From NCBI GenBank assembly GCA_964016885.1, contig OZ024748.1, forward strand, positions 22,382,001-22,446,000: 64,000 bases of DNA, given 5' to 3'. The stretch comes from Eledone cirrhosa. Taxonomy: Eukaryota. The notes beneath the pieces were generated by a model. It worked only from the letters and a program-made list of their open reading frames with translations, did not search any database and had not been told where the DNA came from. This document shows positions 14,952 to 25,971 of the stretch, piece after piece. Both the position numbers and the translations under genes were made by a program. The first letter of the stretch is position 1; every line of letters begins with the position of its first letter.

Positions 14952-15241
14952 GTATGTGTGTTTAATTAGATATTTTGTTAGATATATAGAAAGTGTCAGA
15001 GAAAGGGAGAGAGGGCGAAAGGGAGAGCAGATGAACGAGGAAAAGATATGGATGATAAAGTCGAAGAAGAAAAATAAAACAACACGGTAGATCCAAACGA
15101 TATAAATGATATAAATGTTGATAAGCTATCAAAGAAAGATTGCCAGAGTTGGTGAGGGCTATACCCGCAACACCCATGACATATATGACACCCAACAATT
15201 CTTACAGAGAGAGAGAGAGGGAGAGAGAGAAGGAAACAGAG

Positions 15242-15242
<1 letters not shown>

Positions 15243-15315
<73 letters not shown>

Positions 15316-15338
15316 TCACACACACACACACTCTCATG

Positions 15339-15384
<46 letters not shown>

Positions 15385-15440
15385 AACACACACACCAGCA
15401 CACACAAACACACACACATCACACACTCACGCAGTCTCTA

Positions 15441-15471
<31 letters not shown>

Positions 15472-15492
15472 CCCACACACACACATTCACAA

Positions 15493-15523
<31 letters not shown>

Positions 15524-15830
15524 TCACACACTCACGCAGTCTCTCTCTTTCTATCTCTCTCTCTCTCACACATACATGCACACACAAACACACACACGCA
15601 CACATCACACACACACATCACACACTCACGCAGTCTCTCTCTCTCTCTCTCTCTCACACACAAACACACACACACCATCACACACACGCACACACAAACA
15701 CACACACACATCACACACTCACGCAGTCTCTCTCTCTCTCTCACACACAAACACACACACACCATCACACACACACACACACACATCACACACTTACGCA
15801 GTCTCTCTCTCACACACACACATACACTAC
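15243..15830. repeat. Compound minisatellite: (CA)n-tcacacactcacgcag-(TC)n units
   Basis: The core cacatcacacactcacgcagtctctc recurs about 6 times. Confidence 0.8.
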
Positions 15831-16469
15831 CACAAAACGGTTGTATGAACAAAACAGAAAAATGTGACACAATGGTCCGAAGAGGTTTCTTCTGATACCA
15901 ATCACTCGGAGTCTTACCTTTAAAATCTACAATGTCAAAGGTGAGATTTGTCAAAATTTAATTGCTCTGTTTTCTTCCTGCTAAATTGTACACCTATATC
16001 TGTACTCTGCGACCATTTTAAACCTTTTGTATTAATTTATAACATGCCTATGAATATTGCTCTTGTTATTATTATTATTAGTGTTGTTGTTGTTGCTGTT
16101 GCTGTTCTTGTTGTTGTTGTTGTTGTTGCTGTTGTTGTTGTTGTTGTTCTTCTTCTTCTTCTTCTTCTTCTTCTTCTTCTTGAGTCATCCCTCCATCAGT
16201 CAGTCACGTGATATGGCAAACAAAGCGGCCGAGTTACTATTATTATTATTATTATTATTGACGAAAGTGGATGTACGTTTTTTGAAGCTCCGTGAGTAAG
16301 CAATTTTTGAGGATTAATTGTAGAGAATTGTTTATTTTTTGTACCGCTGAAGCATTATAAGACATTAATTTGTATCCTGTGAAGGAATAACTCATAATAT
16401 TTGGGCCTTTTGGCCCAAATATTTGAACTTTATTTTGAAAAAAAATAATAATTTTTTTCTCAAAAAAAC

Positions 16470-18380
16470 ATGGCGGAGCCACGCCCCCTAGAGGCGGGTC
16501 TGCTGTCGTGCAACGGCGACTTGAGCGTTGAGAGGAGAGGTGAGGCGAGGAGCGCCACCAGCACGAATGTGAGCAGCGACAGTGCCAGCACCAACGGGCC
16601 GAGCGGCGCGGAAGGTGGTAACAGCGACAACACCAACACCAACAAGCCGAACAGCGCAGAAGGTGGTAATAGCGAGAGCACCAACAAAACGAACAGCACA
16701 GAGAGTAATAGTAGCGACAGCAGCAGCACCAACAAGGCCAACAGCACAGAAGGTAACCACGACACAGGGGAGAACAACAACAGCAATAGCAGCAGCAACA
16801 CCAACAAGAACAACAACAGTGACAACACCAACAAGAACACTTTCGCTGCTGTGGCAGCGGCTAAAAGGAGACCATGCTACAGCATCGACTTAACCAACAG
16901 AGAGGAAAAGTTGGCCCAGGCCTGGAAAATCATAAATCAAGAGCAGACCTGGGCAAACTTAACTGTCCCGGCAGAAGCCATTGAGGCAGTGGAAAAAAGA
17001 ACGGTGCATTTCAGATGCATCTCAGTAGAGACAAAGAGGGCAGCGATAATCGCCCAAGCTGACATAGAAGCCGCACTGAAATACATCAGAGAGGACACAG
17101 ACTTCATAGAGAGGGGCAGGCAATACGGCACCGTTTCGGTGCTGTTCAAGTCTGAAGCCCTCGCTGTGAAGCATTCAATGACCCCTTGCAAAACCAGCAA
17201 GGTCATAATGTACCCCTCCCACATGGGAAAACGAATAGCACGTGTGCGCATTCCCAGGATTCCACCAGGACTTGATATGTGGTGGCTCCTGGGTTGCGTA
17301 ATCGTGGAAGGAACGGATACAGTCCCGGTAGAGGCAACGAGAACTGCCAGGGACGACTGGTCCGGGGTTGATCTGGAGATACTGCTCCAAATCAGACCCG
17401 AAAACGTAAAAACAATCCCGGACCACATCCGCCTCCAAAACGGGAGGGTGTTGCATATAATGACTGAGGGCAAAAGGCCGCATTGTTTCCTTTGTGGGGA
17501 AACGACACACTTGCGAGCCTTCTGCCCTCAACTGCCGAAAAGCGCAAGGGGTCGAAAGATTCCACTGCTGGCGACGCCGGGACAAGGACCACCAGCAACA
17601 CCGTCAACAATGGAACCACCAAAATTGCACACCCAGGGGGGAAACGAGGAAAGCTCTCCCATTCCCCCTCCCCCCCAAAATACACACACGAACAAGAACA
17701 TAAACACTCACTCAGACACAAACACGCTCACAGCCACAGACCCCTCATCCTCCAGCAGTGAAGATGAGGGAAAACCAAAGTCCCCCAAAATACAAAAAAC
17801 AAAACACAAAAAAAAAAGAAATCCACAAAGCACAAACACCCCCACAAAAAAAAATACACACACCACCCACACAAACATTTTCCCCACAGCATCACCAACA
17901 CAACCACCAAAATCCCCCAAACGCAAACAAGCTAAACAGACACAAGAACAAATAGACACACAAACATCAGAAACTACAGACACCCCACCCACAACAAACG
18001 CAGACACAATAGAAACAACACTAACAAAGCTATCACCACCACAATCACACGAACAAATAAAACCCGAGCAACAAAACATTAAAAACTTCGTGCTTGCCAG
18101 AAGGGCCAACAAGGAATTGATGGCCCATGTAGCACGAAGCACAAACATCGAAAAAGACGGGGAAACATTTGAAGCGAGCACATTTCGCGTACCAGATAAT
18201 TTGCTTCTGATGCGAATGTCGCTCGCTTCATACAAAGAAATTCGAAAGAGCTTTCCTCGGGATGTGGGAACCCCGAACGTAAAACCCACGTCAAGACTAT
18301 TAAAGGGGTTCCCAAAAGAAACCCCACAAACCATGGAGGTCGAACCACCCGACCTTCACAAGACCCCGGAAGGTAAGTAA
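16470..18380 (+). CDS. LINE ORF1p (gag-like nucleic-acid chaperone, CCHC zinc knuckle)
   Basis: 636-aa ORF with N/S-rich N-terminus, TFAAVAA motif, C-x2-C-x4-H-x4-C knuckle (CFLCGETTHLRAFC) and P/T/K-rich C-terminal half, directly upstream of ORF2. Confidence 0.88.
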   Translation: MAEPRPLEAGLLSCNGDLSVERRGEARSATSTNVSSDSASTNGPSGAEGGNSDNTNTNKPNSAEGGNSESTNKTNSTESNSSDSSSTNKANSTEGNHDTGENNNSNSSSNTNKNNNSDNTNKNTFAAVAAAKRRPCYSIDLTNREEKLAQAWKIINQEQTWANLTVPAEAIEAVEKRTVHFRCISVETKRAAIIAQADIEAALKYIREDTDFIERGRQYGTVSVLFKSEALAVKHSMTPCKTSKVIMYPSHMGKRIARVRIPRIPPGLDMWWLLGCVIVEGTDTVPVEATRTARDDWSGVDLEILLQIRPENVKTIPDHIRLQNGRVLHIMTEGKRPHCFLCGETTHLRAFCPQLPKSARGRKIPLLATPGQGPPATPSTMEPPKLHTQGGNEESSPIPPPPQNTHTNKNINTHSDTNTLTATDPSSSSSEDEGKPKSPKIQKTKHKKKRNPQSTNTPTKKNTHTTHTNIFPTASPTQPPKSPKRKQAKQTQEQIDTQTSETTDTPPTTNADTIETTLTKLSPPQSHEQIKPEQQNIKNFVLARRANKELMAHVARSTNIEKDGETFEASTFRVPDNLLLMRMSLASYKEIRKSFPRDVGTPNVKPTSRLLKGFPKETPQTMEVEPPDLHKTPEGK

Positions 18381-18409
18381 ACCTTTCCTCTCCCATTCAT
18401 CCTGCCAGC

Positions 18410-21400
18410 ATGGCCATAAGAGTAGGAAGTTTAAATGTTCGTGGCCTGGGGTCGCCCTGGAAGCAAGGTCACTTGCTCAACGACCTCAGGTCACTAGGAA
18501 TGGATGTAATTGCCATCAGCGAGACCAGAATTTCCGACACACGCGCACTGGCGCCGATTTTCGACGATTATCAGATCTTTGCATCTGTTAGTCGGCCGGG
18601 AATGGGAGGTGGAGTGGCTGTGCTGTTTAGGAAATGTCTGGATCTCGAGGTAAGGTCAATCTTCCGGGATCCTGACGGAAAGTTGGTGGTCCTGGACGTG
18701 AGCAATAGCGAAGGTGGTGCCTTTAGACTGGTGGCCGTCTACGCCCCTACTGGGGCCGGTCGGCCGGACTTCTTTAGGCGCCTGGAAAACTTTCTGCTTA
18801 CGTCTCGCCCTTTACTGTTAATAGGGGATTGGAATGGCATCTTAGAAGCACGCTGGGATTGTGTGGGAGTATCTGATAGGAGCGGGGGGTGCAAAAGCCT
18901 CAAGTACCTGATCAGCCAGTTTCAACTGTCTGACAGGTACCGACTAGATTTCCCTAATGCGCCAGTATGGACCTGGACCAATCGCATAGGGTCATCTAGA
19001 TCGTACATAGATAGGATTTTCATTAGGAAAAGAGATAGAAATAGTGTAGGATGTCCACATTTTAAAACGGTTGCCTATTCAGATCACAAGCTTGTGATCT
19101 GTATGGTCGACCTAGATAAGACACGTAGGTTAGGACCTAGCTACTGGAAGCTAAACATGTCGTTTCCCGCACGTAAAGCTTACAGGGACCGGGTCAACAA
19201 CTTAGTTAAGCAAAAGTTGACAGGGGGGGTTGTCAACAACAGGTGGTGGGGGGCACTCAAAAGAGAGATTAGAGCAACCTCGATAGGATTTAGCAAAGAA
19301 GTAGCAATAGAGAAAAATAGAAAGGAGGAGGGGCTGATAGCTAAGTTAGACGAGGCTATTTGTAGTGGCATTGCAACAGACGTGCTAGCGGCGAGAATGG
19401 CACTAGACCATTTCTTCAATGCGAAACACGAAGGTTGCATTGTCAGAGCTAAGGCGCGTGCTCTGAGGAACGAGGGAACCAAAGCTGCCCGATGGGCTCG
19501 CTTTGCAGAGACGCAGCGTGGAAATAAAACCACAATTCGGTCTTTGACGGATCGAGATGGACACGAACTGAGCGATTCCAAGCAGATGTGTGAGGCCTTT
19601 CGCCAGCACTTTGCTCGATTGTTCGGGAGGATGGGTGAGTCGGAGACGGCGGCGGACTTCAGTCCCTACCTCGACGGCTTGCCACGCCTCTCGACGGCCG
19701 ACGCTGAGCGCTGCGAAGAGCCGATAACATCAGCCGAAATTCAGGACGCCCTTGTCGGCTGCTCGAGTCGCAAGTCACCCGGTTTGGATGGTCTGCCCTA
19801 CGAGCTTTACGTAAATATGCCAGACTTGTTCTCCGATCTCCTCGAAGCGCTCTACTGCAACTGGCAGCAGAACGGGAGCATTCCCAGTTCTGTGAGCCGT
19901 GGCGTAGTGACGCTGATAAGGAAAGACGAGAACAAGAGGGACACACTAGATAATTTCAGGCCCATAACCCTGCTCAACACAGAGTTTAAGATTTTGGCCA
20001 AGGTGTTAGCGAAAAGGTTGGCGCTTGTCGTCAAAGATTTGGTTGGGGAGGCGCAAACTTGCGCAATCCCGACCAGGTCCATACACGACAACCTCCACCT
20101 CATGCGATACATCATAGAGAGGGTTGGGTGCAAACCTGGCTTCGGTGGGGCTCTGATCAATTTAGATCAATCGAAAGCATTCGATAGGGTCGACCATCGG
20201 TACTTGGAGGCTGTCCTCGAGGCGGCTGGCTTCGGCCCCGTCTTCAGAAGCTGGATCGCTGCAATGTACAGCGGCATCCGCTCGGTGGTCAAAGTTAATG
20301 GCCACCTCTCGGAACCGTTTCAGATCTCTCGATCGGTCCGTCAAGGGTGCCCTCTCTCCTCACTTCTGTACGTATTGACTCTTGAGCCTCTACTGCGGAA
20401 GCTGGAGTTGTTGCAGGGCATCCCGCTCGAACCGGGACGTAGAAAGGCTGCGTCCGCTTATGCGGACGACATCACCGTGATGGTGTCGGACACCTCGGAA
20501 ATCGAGGTGATCCGCACCCATTTGGAGGAATATGAAAGGTTGACGGGAGCAAAACTTAACCCGGAAAAGTCGGTGGGCTTGCAGCTCGGCACCTGGAGAG
20601 GCAAGTCCATGCCGTCCAACAGCGTCGTTGGGCGCTGGACAGACGGACCGGTAAAGTTGCTCGGGGTTTGGTTCGGACCAGACCTCCAGGTGGATAAGAA
20701 TTGGGACGAGGTGACGAGCAGGATAGCCAACCTCACCCAGAAATGGGCTGAGAGAAAGCTATCACTGAAAGGGCGGGCGGAGGTGGCGAACGCGTACATC
20801 GCGTCCGTCATCTACTACCGCCTGACCGTCGTGCCTTGCCCCCGTCCACGCCTCGCCAATTTGGAACGGCTCCTTTTCAAATTTTTGTGGAGGGGACGGG
20901 TCCCGTTGGTGAGGCGGTCCATCTGCTGCCAGCACCCTCTTCGTGGAGGGCTGGGCATGCCGTGGCTAATGATGCGCAGACATGCGCTGAGGCTGCGACA
21001 TCTCCAGATATTTTGCCTAAACGGTGAACAGGTGTGGTCGCCGTTTGTTAGACGGGCCTTTCCGCAGCTCATCTCTTTGACTGAGCTGCAGTCCTGGGTC
21101 AAGAAGAGACCGAGACTGGGCGACTGGCATCTGGAATGTTGCCAGGCGCTCACTGCACTCTGCAAGGTGGGCAATGCGGTCAGTGGAACTTCCACTCAAG
21201 ATTTCTATAGAGGATTAGTGGAGGGCAAGTGCGATGACGTACTAGGAGAGGCTCTGGGCGTCAACGAAGTAGAACTGACCAGTATGTTCCGGAGGACTTT
21301 CGAGCCGGGGACGATGGATAACTTCCAGAAATCCCTCGCTTGGCAGTGCTACCGGGGGGCGCTGCCGGTTCGGGATAAACTCTACAGGCACGGAAGTGCT

Positions 21401-21829
21401 GTCAGACGAACCTGCCCGAGATGCGCGCAGAGCGACGAAACCGTTCTGCACGCACTCGTCCAGTGTCCGTGCATTGCTGACTTGTGGGGTTATGTCGAAC
21501 AGCTATTGTCGCGTGTAGAACGGATCCGGCTATCGTCCGAGTCCATAGTGAAGATTGACCCGCCGCCTTCTTTTGGTCAGGAAGGGCAGGCAATTTTCCT
21601 CTGCCTGGTGGCAGTAGCGAAAGAGGTTGCATGGTGGACCAGGTTGAAAGGACTGAAGACAGACACTTTTCTCTTCGGCCAATCCCTCATCAACTTCTTC
21701 AAGTTTCACTTGGAAAGGAAGGTGAGGGTGGAGAGAGAAGTGCTGCCCCCCAGTACATTTACTGAAAGGTGGGTGAATGTGGCGAGAATGGCCCGTGTGA
21801 GTGGGCCTACTCTGATCATGCGCCTGTAG
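18410..21829 (+). CDS. LINE ORF2p: APE endonuclease + reverse transcriptase + C-terminal zinc finger (L1/Tx1 type)
   Basis: 1139 aa. Endonuclease motifs SLNVRG, SET, GDWN, SYIDRIF, SDH; RT motifs KSPGLDG, NFRPITLLN, DQSKAFDRV, RQGCPLS, YADD; C-terminal CPRC..ETVLHALVQC. Confidence 0.97.
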   Translation: MAIRVGSLNVRGLGSPWKQGHLLNDLRSLGMDVIAISETRISDTRALAPIFDDYQIFASVSRPGMGGGVAVLFRKCLDLEVRSIFRDPDGKLVVLDVSNSEGGAFRLVAVYAPTGAGRPDFFRRLENFLLTSRPLLLIGDWNGILEARWDCVGVSDRSGGCKSLKYLISQFQLSDRYRLDFPNAPVWTWTNRIGSSRSYIDRIFIRKRDRNSVGCPHFKTVAYSDHKLVICMVDLDKTRRLGPSYWKLNMSFPARKAYRDRVNNLVKQKLTGGVVNNRWWGALKREIRATSIGFSKEVAIEKNRKEEGLIAKLDEAICSGIATDVLAARMALDHFFNAKHEGCIVRAKARALRNEGTKAARWARFAETQRGNKTTIRSLTDRDGHELSDSKQMCEAFRQHFARLFGRMGESETAADFSPYLDGLPRLSTADAERCEEPITSAEIQDALVGCSSRKSPGLDGLPYELYVNMPDLFSDLLEALYCNWQQNGSIPSSVSRGVVTLIRKDENKRDTLDNFRPITLLNTEFKILAKVLAKRLALVVKDLVGEAQTCAIPTRSIHDNLHLMRYIIERVGCKPGFGGALINLDQSKAFDRVDHRYLEAVLEAAGFGPVFRSWIAAMYSGIRSVVKVNGHLSEPFQISRSVRQGCPLSSLLYVLTLEPLLRKLELLQGIPLEPGRRKAASAYADDITVMVSDTSEIEVIRTHLEEYERLTGAKLNPEKSVGLQLGTWRGKSMPSNSVVGRWTDGPVKLLGVWFGPDLQVDKNWDEVTSRIANLTQKWAERKLSLKGRAEVANAYIASVIYYRLTVVPCPRPRLANLERLLFKFLWRGRVPLVRRSICCQHPLRGGLGMPWLMMRRHALRLRHLQIFCLNGEQVWSPFVRRAFPQLISLTELQSWVKKRPRLGDWHLECCQALTALCKVGNAVSGTSTQDFYRGLVEGKCDDVLGEALGVNEVELTSMFRRTFEPGTMDNFQKSLAWQCYRGALPVRDKLYRHGSAVRRTCPRCAQSDETVLHALVQCPCIADLWGYVEQLLSRVERIRLSSESIVKIDPPPSFGQEGQAIFLCLVAVAKEVAWWTRLKGLKTDTFLFGQSLINFFKFHLERKVRVEREVLPPSTFTERWVNVARMARVSGPTLIMRL

Positions 21830-22079
21830 GCTGGTGAATTCGAGAAGGAGAGGGGTGCCCTTCCCGGGTGCCCTAGGAGCGTCGGGTGGCTCAGGACTGG
21901 TGGGGTGCTTGAGTCAACCCTGGGTGGTGATCCCTCTTATTGGGGAACTTTCATTGTTGTATTTTTATTGTTATTTTGTTTTTTGTTATTTATACTTACT
22001 CGATCTCTATGTAAACCCCCACTGTCCCTGTCTATTGTGTTGTCCCCTATATGTCGGCCCGTGTGGCCAATAAATGAAA

Positions 22080-22123
<44 letters not shown>

Positions 22124-22669
22124 GTTCTTTGAGTCTCAGTCATTGGTGTTAGTTAACTGGAAAGTTTGTTGAAATGAATATCAAGCTGCTACCTGCAGCC
22201 TCAGATATTCAGGACGTATCGGAGGGTTCTTGCTGTTCCCAGCAAGCATGCCTTCTGAAGTGTTCCAAAAAGCGGGGCTGGACTAATCTTCTTTAACCAT
22301 CCCTGGAAACTCCTTGAGATAGTACCTAGTGCGCCTATGACAATCGGGAGGACCTTGATTACATGGCAGTTCCAAATCCTTTTTACCTCCCTCTTTAAGT
22401 CCTGGTATCGGTTAATTTTCTCCCTCTCCTTCTCTTGCACTCTCGTGTCGAATGGGCAGGCCACATCCACAATCAGGCACGATCTTTTTTCCTTGTCCAA
22501 AACCACCAGGTCAGGTCTATTGTGTTCCAGTTTCTTGTCCGTCTGTATCCTAAAATCCCACAGCACCTTCACCTGATCGTTTTCTATCACCGACTCTGGC
22601 TTATGCTCATACCACTTCTCAGAATGTGGTAAATTGTTTACTTTGCATAAGTGCCAGTGGATCACCCTG
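22124..22669 (-). mobile_element. 5'-truncated RLE-type non-LTR retrotransposon (R4/Dong-like), restriction-like endonuclease fragment
   Basis: ORF 22201-22665 (-) has WYEHKPESV, LWDFRIQTD, RPDLVVLD..CLIVDVACPFD, EKINRY and PIVIGALG, then a short 3' UTR. (TAA)n on both sides. Confidence 0.88.
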
Positions 22670-22683
22670 ATTATTATTATTAT

Positions 22684-23185
22684 TTGACAGTATCGGTAGA
22701 GAGTCGGACACCATGCTTTGAAGCATAGAGTTACGTTCCTTTATGATTTGAGTTCAAATCCCGCCGAGGTTAACTTTGCCTTTCATCCTTACGGGCTCGA
22801 TAAAATAAAGTACCAGTAATACACTGGGTATTTGTTAGCCTTGTGCCAAAAGGAGAAACAATTATTATTATTATTATTATTATTCATCCTTACGGGGTCG
22901 ATAAAATAAAGTACCAGTAATGCACTGGGTAATTGCTGGCCTTGTGCCTAACGTAGAAACAATTATTATTATGACAGCAGATTGGCACAATCGGTAGCGC
23001 ATCGGGTGAAATGCATAGCAACATTTCGCTCCGACCATCTACTCTCTGGTTTCAAATCCCGGCGAAGTCAACTTTAACGTTGATTCTTCCCGGGTCAACA
23101 AAGTAAATTACCAGTTAAGTACTGGGGTCTATTTTCCCTTTCCCCCAAATTGTTGGCCTTGTGCCAATTTTAGAAAGAATTATTA
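22684..23185 (+). mobile_element. Three adjacent S1 SINE copies (full, 3' part, diverged)
   Basis: B box gagttcaaatcc, central gcctttcatccttacggggtcgataaaataaagtaccag, ends agaaacaatt(att)n. Confidence 0.85.
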
Positions 23186-23240
23186 TCATCATCTTCAAAG
23201 CTACATATCTCTTGACGGTGTAGTCAATACTTTGTTGGCC

Positions 23241-23279
<39 letters not shown>

Positions 23280-23411
23280 GTGAGGGTTTTTTTTACAAAA
23301 TGAAAAATAACCGAGGTGTCCTACACGAGTGAAAGTATAAAGAAAAAGAGATGAAATCGAAAATGCAACTGGAGTCTTATTTTTTTTTTAAATATATATA
23401 TTTATTTGGTT

Positions 23412-23449
23412 CCTTTACCGGTTTCGCAGTTCTTCTGCTTTTCAAAAGG
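23412..23449 (-). ncRNA. Minimal hammerhead-like motif with U3-A8 core (family H5)
   Basis: Minus strand: cctt-TTGAAAA-gcag-aagaa-ctgc-GAAAC-CG-GTA-aagg, inside a ~200-bp island (23272-23478) bounded by (TA)n. Confidence 0.7.
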
Positions 23450-23473
23450 TGAGTTGAGATGGAGGGTCTGTGG

Positions 23474-23533
<60 letters not shown>

Positions 23534-23540
23534 AGCCTTA

Positions 23541-23943
23541 TAATTGTTTCTACGTTAGGCACAAGGCCAGCAATTACCCAGTGTATTACTGGTACTTTAT
23601 TTTATCGACCCCGTAAGGATGAAAGGCAGAGTCAACCTCGGCGGGATTTGAACTCAGTCCCAGCCTTATAATATAATATAATAAATAGAGACAAACGCAG
23701 ATATATACATATATGCGTTCAGATCGTGATTTGAACGCATATACAGTATGCATATATATGTGTTTGTCTCTCTTTATTATATTATATTATAAGGCTGGGA
23801 CTGAGTTCAAATCCCGCCGAGGTTAACTTTGCCTTTCATCCTTACGGGGTCGATAAAATAAAGTACCAGTCACGCACTGGCGTCAATTTCATCGACTCCC
23901 CCCCCCCCCAAATTGCTGGCCTTGTGCCTAAATAAGAAACCTT

Positions 23944-23945
<2 letters not shown>
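23541..23945. mobile_element. Head-to-head pair of 5'-truncated S1 SINEs around a palindromic spacer
   Basis: Minus copy 23541-23657 and plus copy 23801-23945. The spacer is itself an inverted repeat centred near 23727. Confidence 0.8.
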
Positions 23946-24021
<76 letters not shown>

Positions 24022-24597
24022 CAACAAAAGAATGAGCCCTCGATATGAAAATATAGAGGTACTTTATATAACTGAAAATATATGGCAACTAAGCATGTTT
24101 TCGTAGGTTCACAGATTCATGATGGCATCGACGAAAACATATTCTTAGTTGACATGTTTTGCAGATGAACAATCGAATTATCGGAAGCTGTTACAAAGCA
24201 CTCAATGAGTGAGTCATTGATAAATTTCTCCACGGGATGAACACAAAAGCTTAAGGAATAGTGACCAGAGCCATGTTACCACAGTAACACTATAACAACG
24301 ATATATACACACAGGTCGAAAGACAAACCTGGACCTAATCGATAGAAATGAAGTCTTGGAGTTCTATAAGAATCCAGCTTCTATAATTCTCGGCAGAAGC
24401 GAAGAGGTGAGTAGTCTTGATAACCGTTAACGAGCGAGAAACAAGACTGTCGATTACTCCCCTTTGTTTTTGCCGAGAATAAGTAAGTGACATAGTCACT
24501 ACTTTAACATTCATAGCGAATAATCTTCAAATTGTTTTTGATTAAACATACAGTATATTATCAAATATACTATACATACATTCATATGTGTGTGTAT

Positions 24598-24654
<57 letters not shown>

Positions 24655-24655
24655 C

Positions 24656-24748
<93 letters not shown>

Positions 24749-25170
24749 GATGATATCGGTTCTGTTTAGGGCACTTCGAGTGGATGGTCTCTGTCATGTT
24801 TAAAACACTCTGTATATCTCTATAGTACCCCTCTCACTCTACCGGGAGTTACATGTTTATACCTGCTTACAAGGGGGTATGTGTTATTGTCTAAAATATG
24901 CGAAATTGTGAAACCAGTATCGGTTAGTATTTAAAAAGTAAAAGGTTACTCTTTAGTGGAGTCATACATCCAAGAAATTCAGCGTTCGATTTCTAGGAGG
25001 CTTCTCGGTCCATTTTTCATTCTTCTCCAGGTGTACGCTATCCGATTTTCTCAACTATTATTTATTGAGATTGCGACGAATATATTTCAAATATAAATAC
25101 ATATATTTATTACCCATTCGAAGTCAATTAAATATAAAACCGATAAAAAGAATAAAACATTACATATATA

Positions 25171-25339
25171 CCGTATTTCCCGGCGTCGAAGACGCTACTT
25201 TTTTCCTAAAATAAGTCTCAAAAGTCTACCATGCGTCCTGGAGGCCGAAGATTGTTTATTATTATTTTTCCAAATTTTTGGTTGTCAAAATTAGGGTGCG
25301 TCCTCGAGGACGAAGCGTCTTCGGCGCCGAGAAATATAG
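25171..25339. mobile_element. pogo/Tc1-mariner-like MITE
   Basis: ta|ccgtatttcccggcgtcgaagacgct ... agcgtcttcggcgccgagaaatatag|ta: ~26-bp imperfect TIR with TA flanks. Confidence 0.7.
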
Positions 25340-25349
25340 TATATAATGT

Positions 25350-25935
25350 ACTGGGTAATTGCTGGCCTTGTGCCAAAAGTAGAAACAATTATTAATCATT
25401 AGCAAAATCGCTAGAGTGTCTAACACCATGCTTCGCGGCATAGAGTTACGGCCATTTACATTCTGAACTTAAATCCCGCTGATGTTAGCTTTGGCTTTCA
25501 TCCTTACGGGATCGATAAAATAAAGATCAGTAATACACAGGCGTCGATTTAATCGACTCCCCCCCCCCCCTTCAAATTGCTGGCCTTGAGCCTAAAGTAG
25601 GAACAATTATTAATCATTGACTTCATCTTTGAAATAATCATTACCGTTTCTCAGGTTTGAGTTCGAATCCTAGAGATGATACAAGCAACAGTTTGACCTA
25701 GTGACCTACATAACTGTATGAAGAAAGAATCAAGATTTGAATAGATGTGGATTGGTAGTATTGGTAGAGGGTCGGACGCCATGCTTTGACGCATTGAGTT
25801 ACGGCCCTTGCCATTCTGAGTTCAAATCCCGCCGAGGTTAACTTTGCCTTTCATCCTTACGGGGTCGATAAAATAAAGTACCAGTAATGCACTGGGATAA
25901 TTGCTGGCCTTGTGCCAAAAGTAGAAACAATTATT
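25350..25935 (+). mobile_element. S1 SINE copies (~25350-25392 tail, ~25398-25612, ~25746-25935)
   Basis: Match to the S1 reference copy. Confidence 0.85.
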
Positions 25936-25971
25936 AAATGTATCAGCTTCGAAGTTACGTCAGTCTTTTAA

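Larger units (their letters stand above)
16260..22081 (+). mobile_element. Full-length L1/Tx1-clade non-LTR retrotransposon inserted in (ATT)n
   Basis: (ATT)7 at 16239-16259, ~210-bp 5' UTR, two intact ORFs 29 bp apart, T-rich 3' UTR, AATAAA at 22069-22074, then (ATT)14 from 22082. The 5' boundary is inferred from the ATT tract. Confidence 0.9.

Noticed and set aside
14676-15090. ORFs containing X runs
   Set aside because: They span the 200-N gap.
16460-21632. Antisense and alternate-frame ORFs inside the LINE
   Set aside because: Shadows of the GC-richer ORF1/ORF2 with no recognisable motifs.
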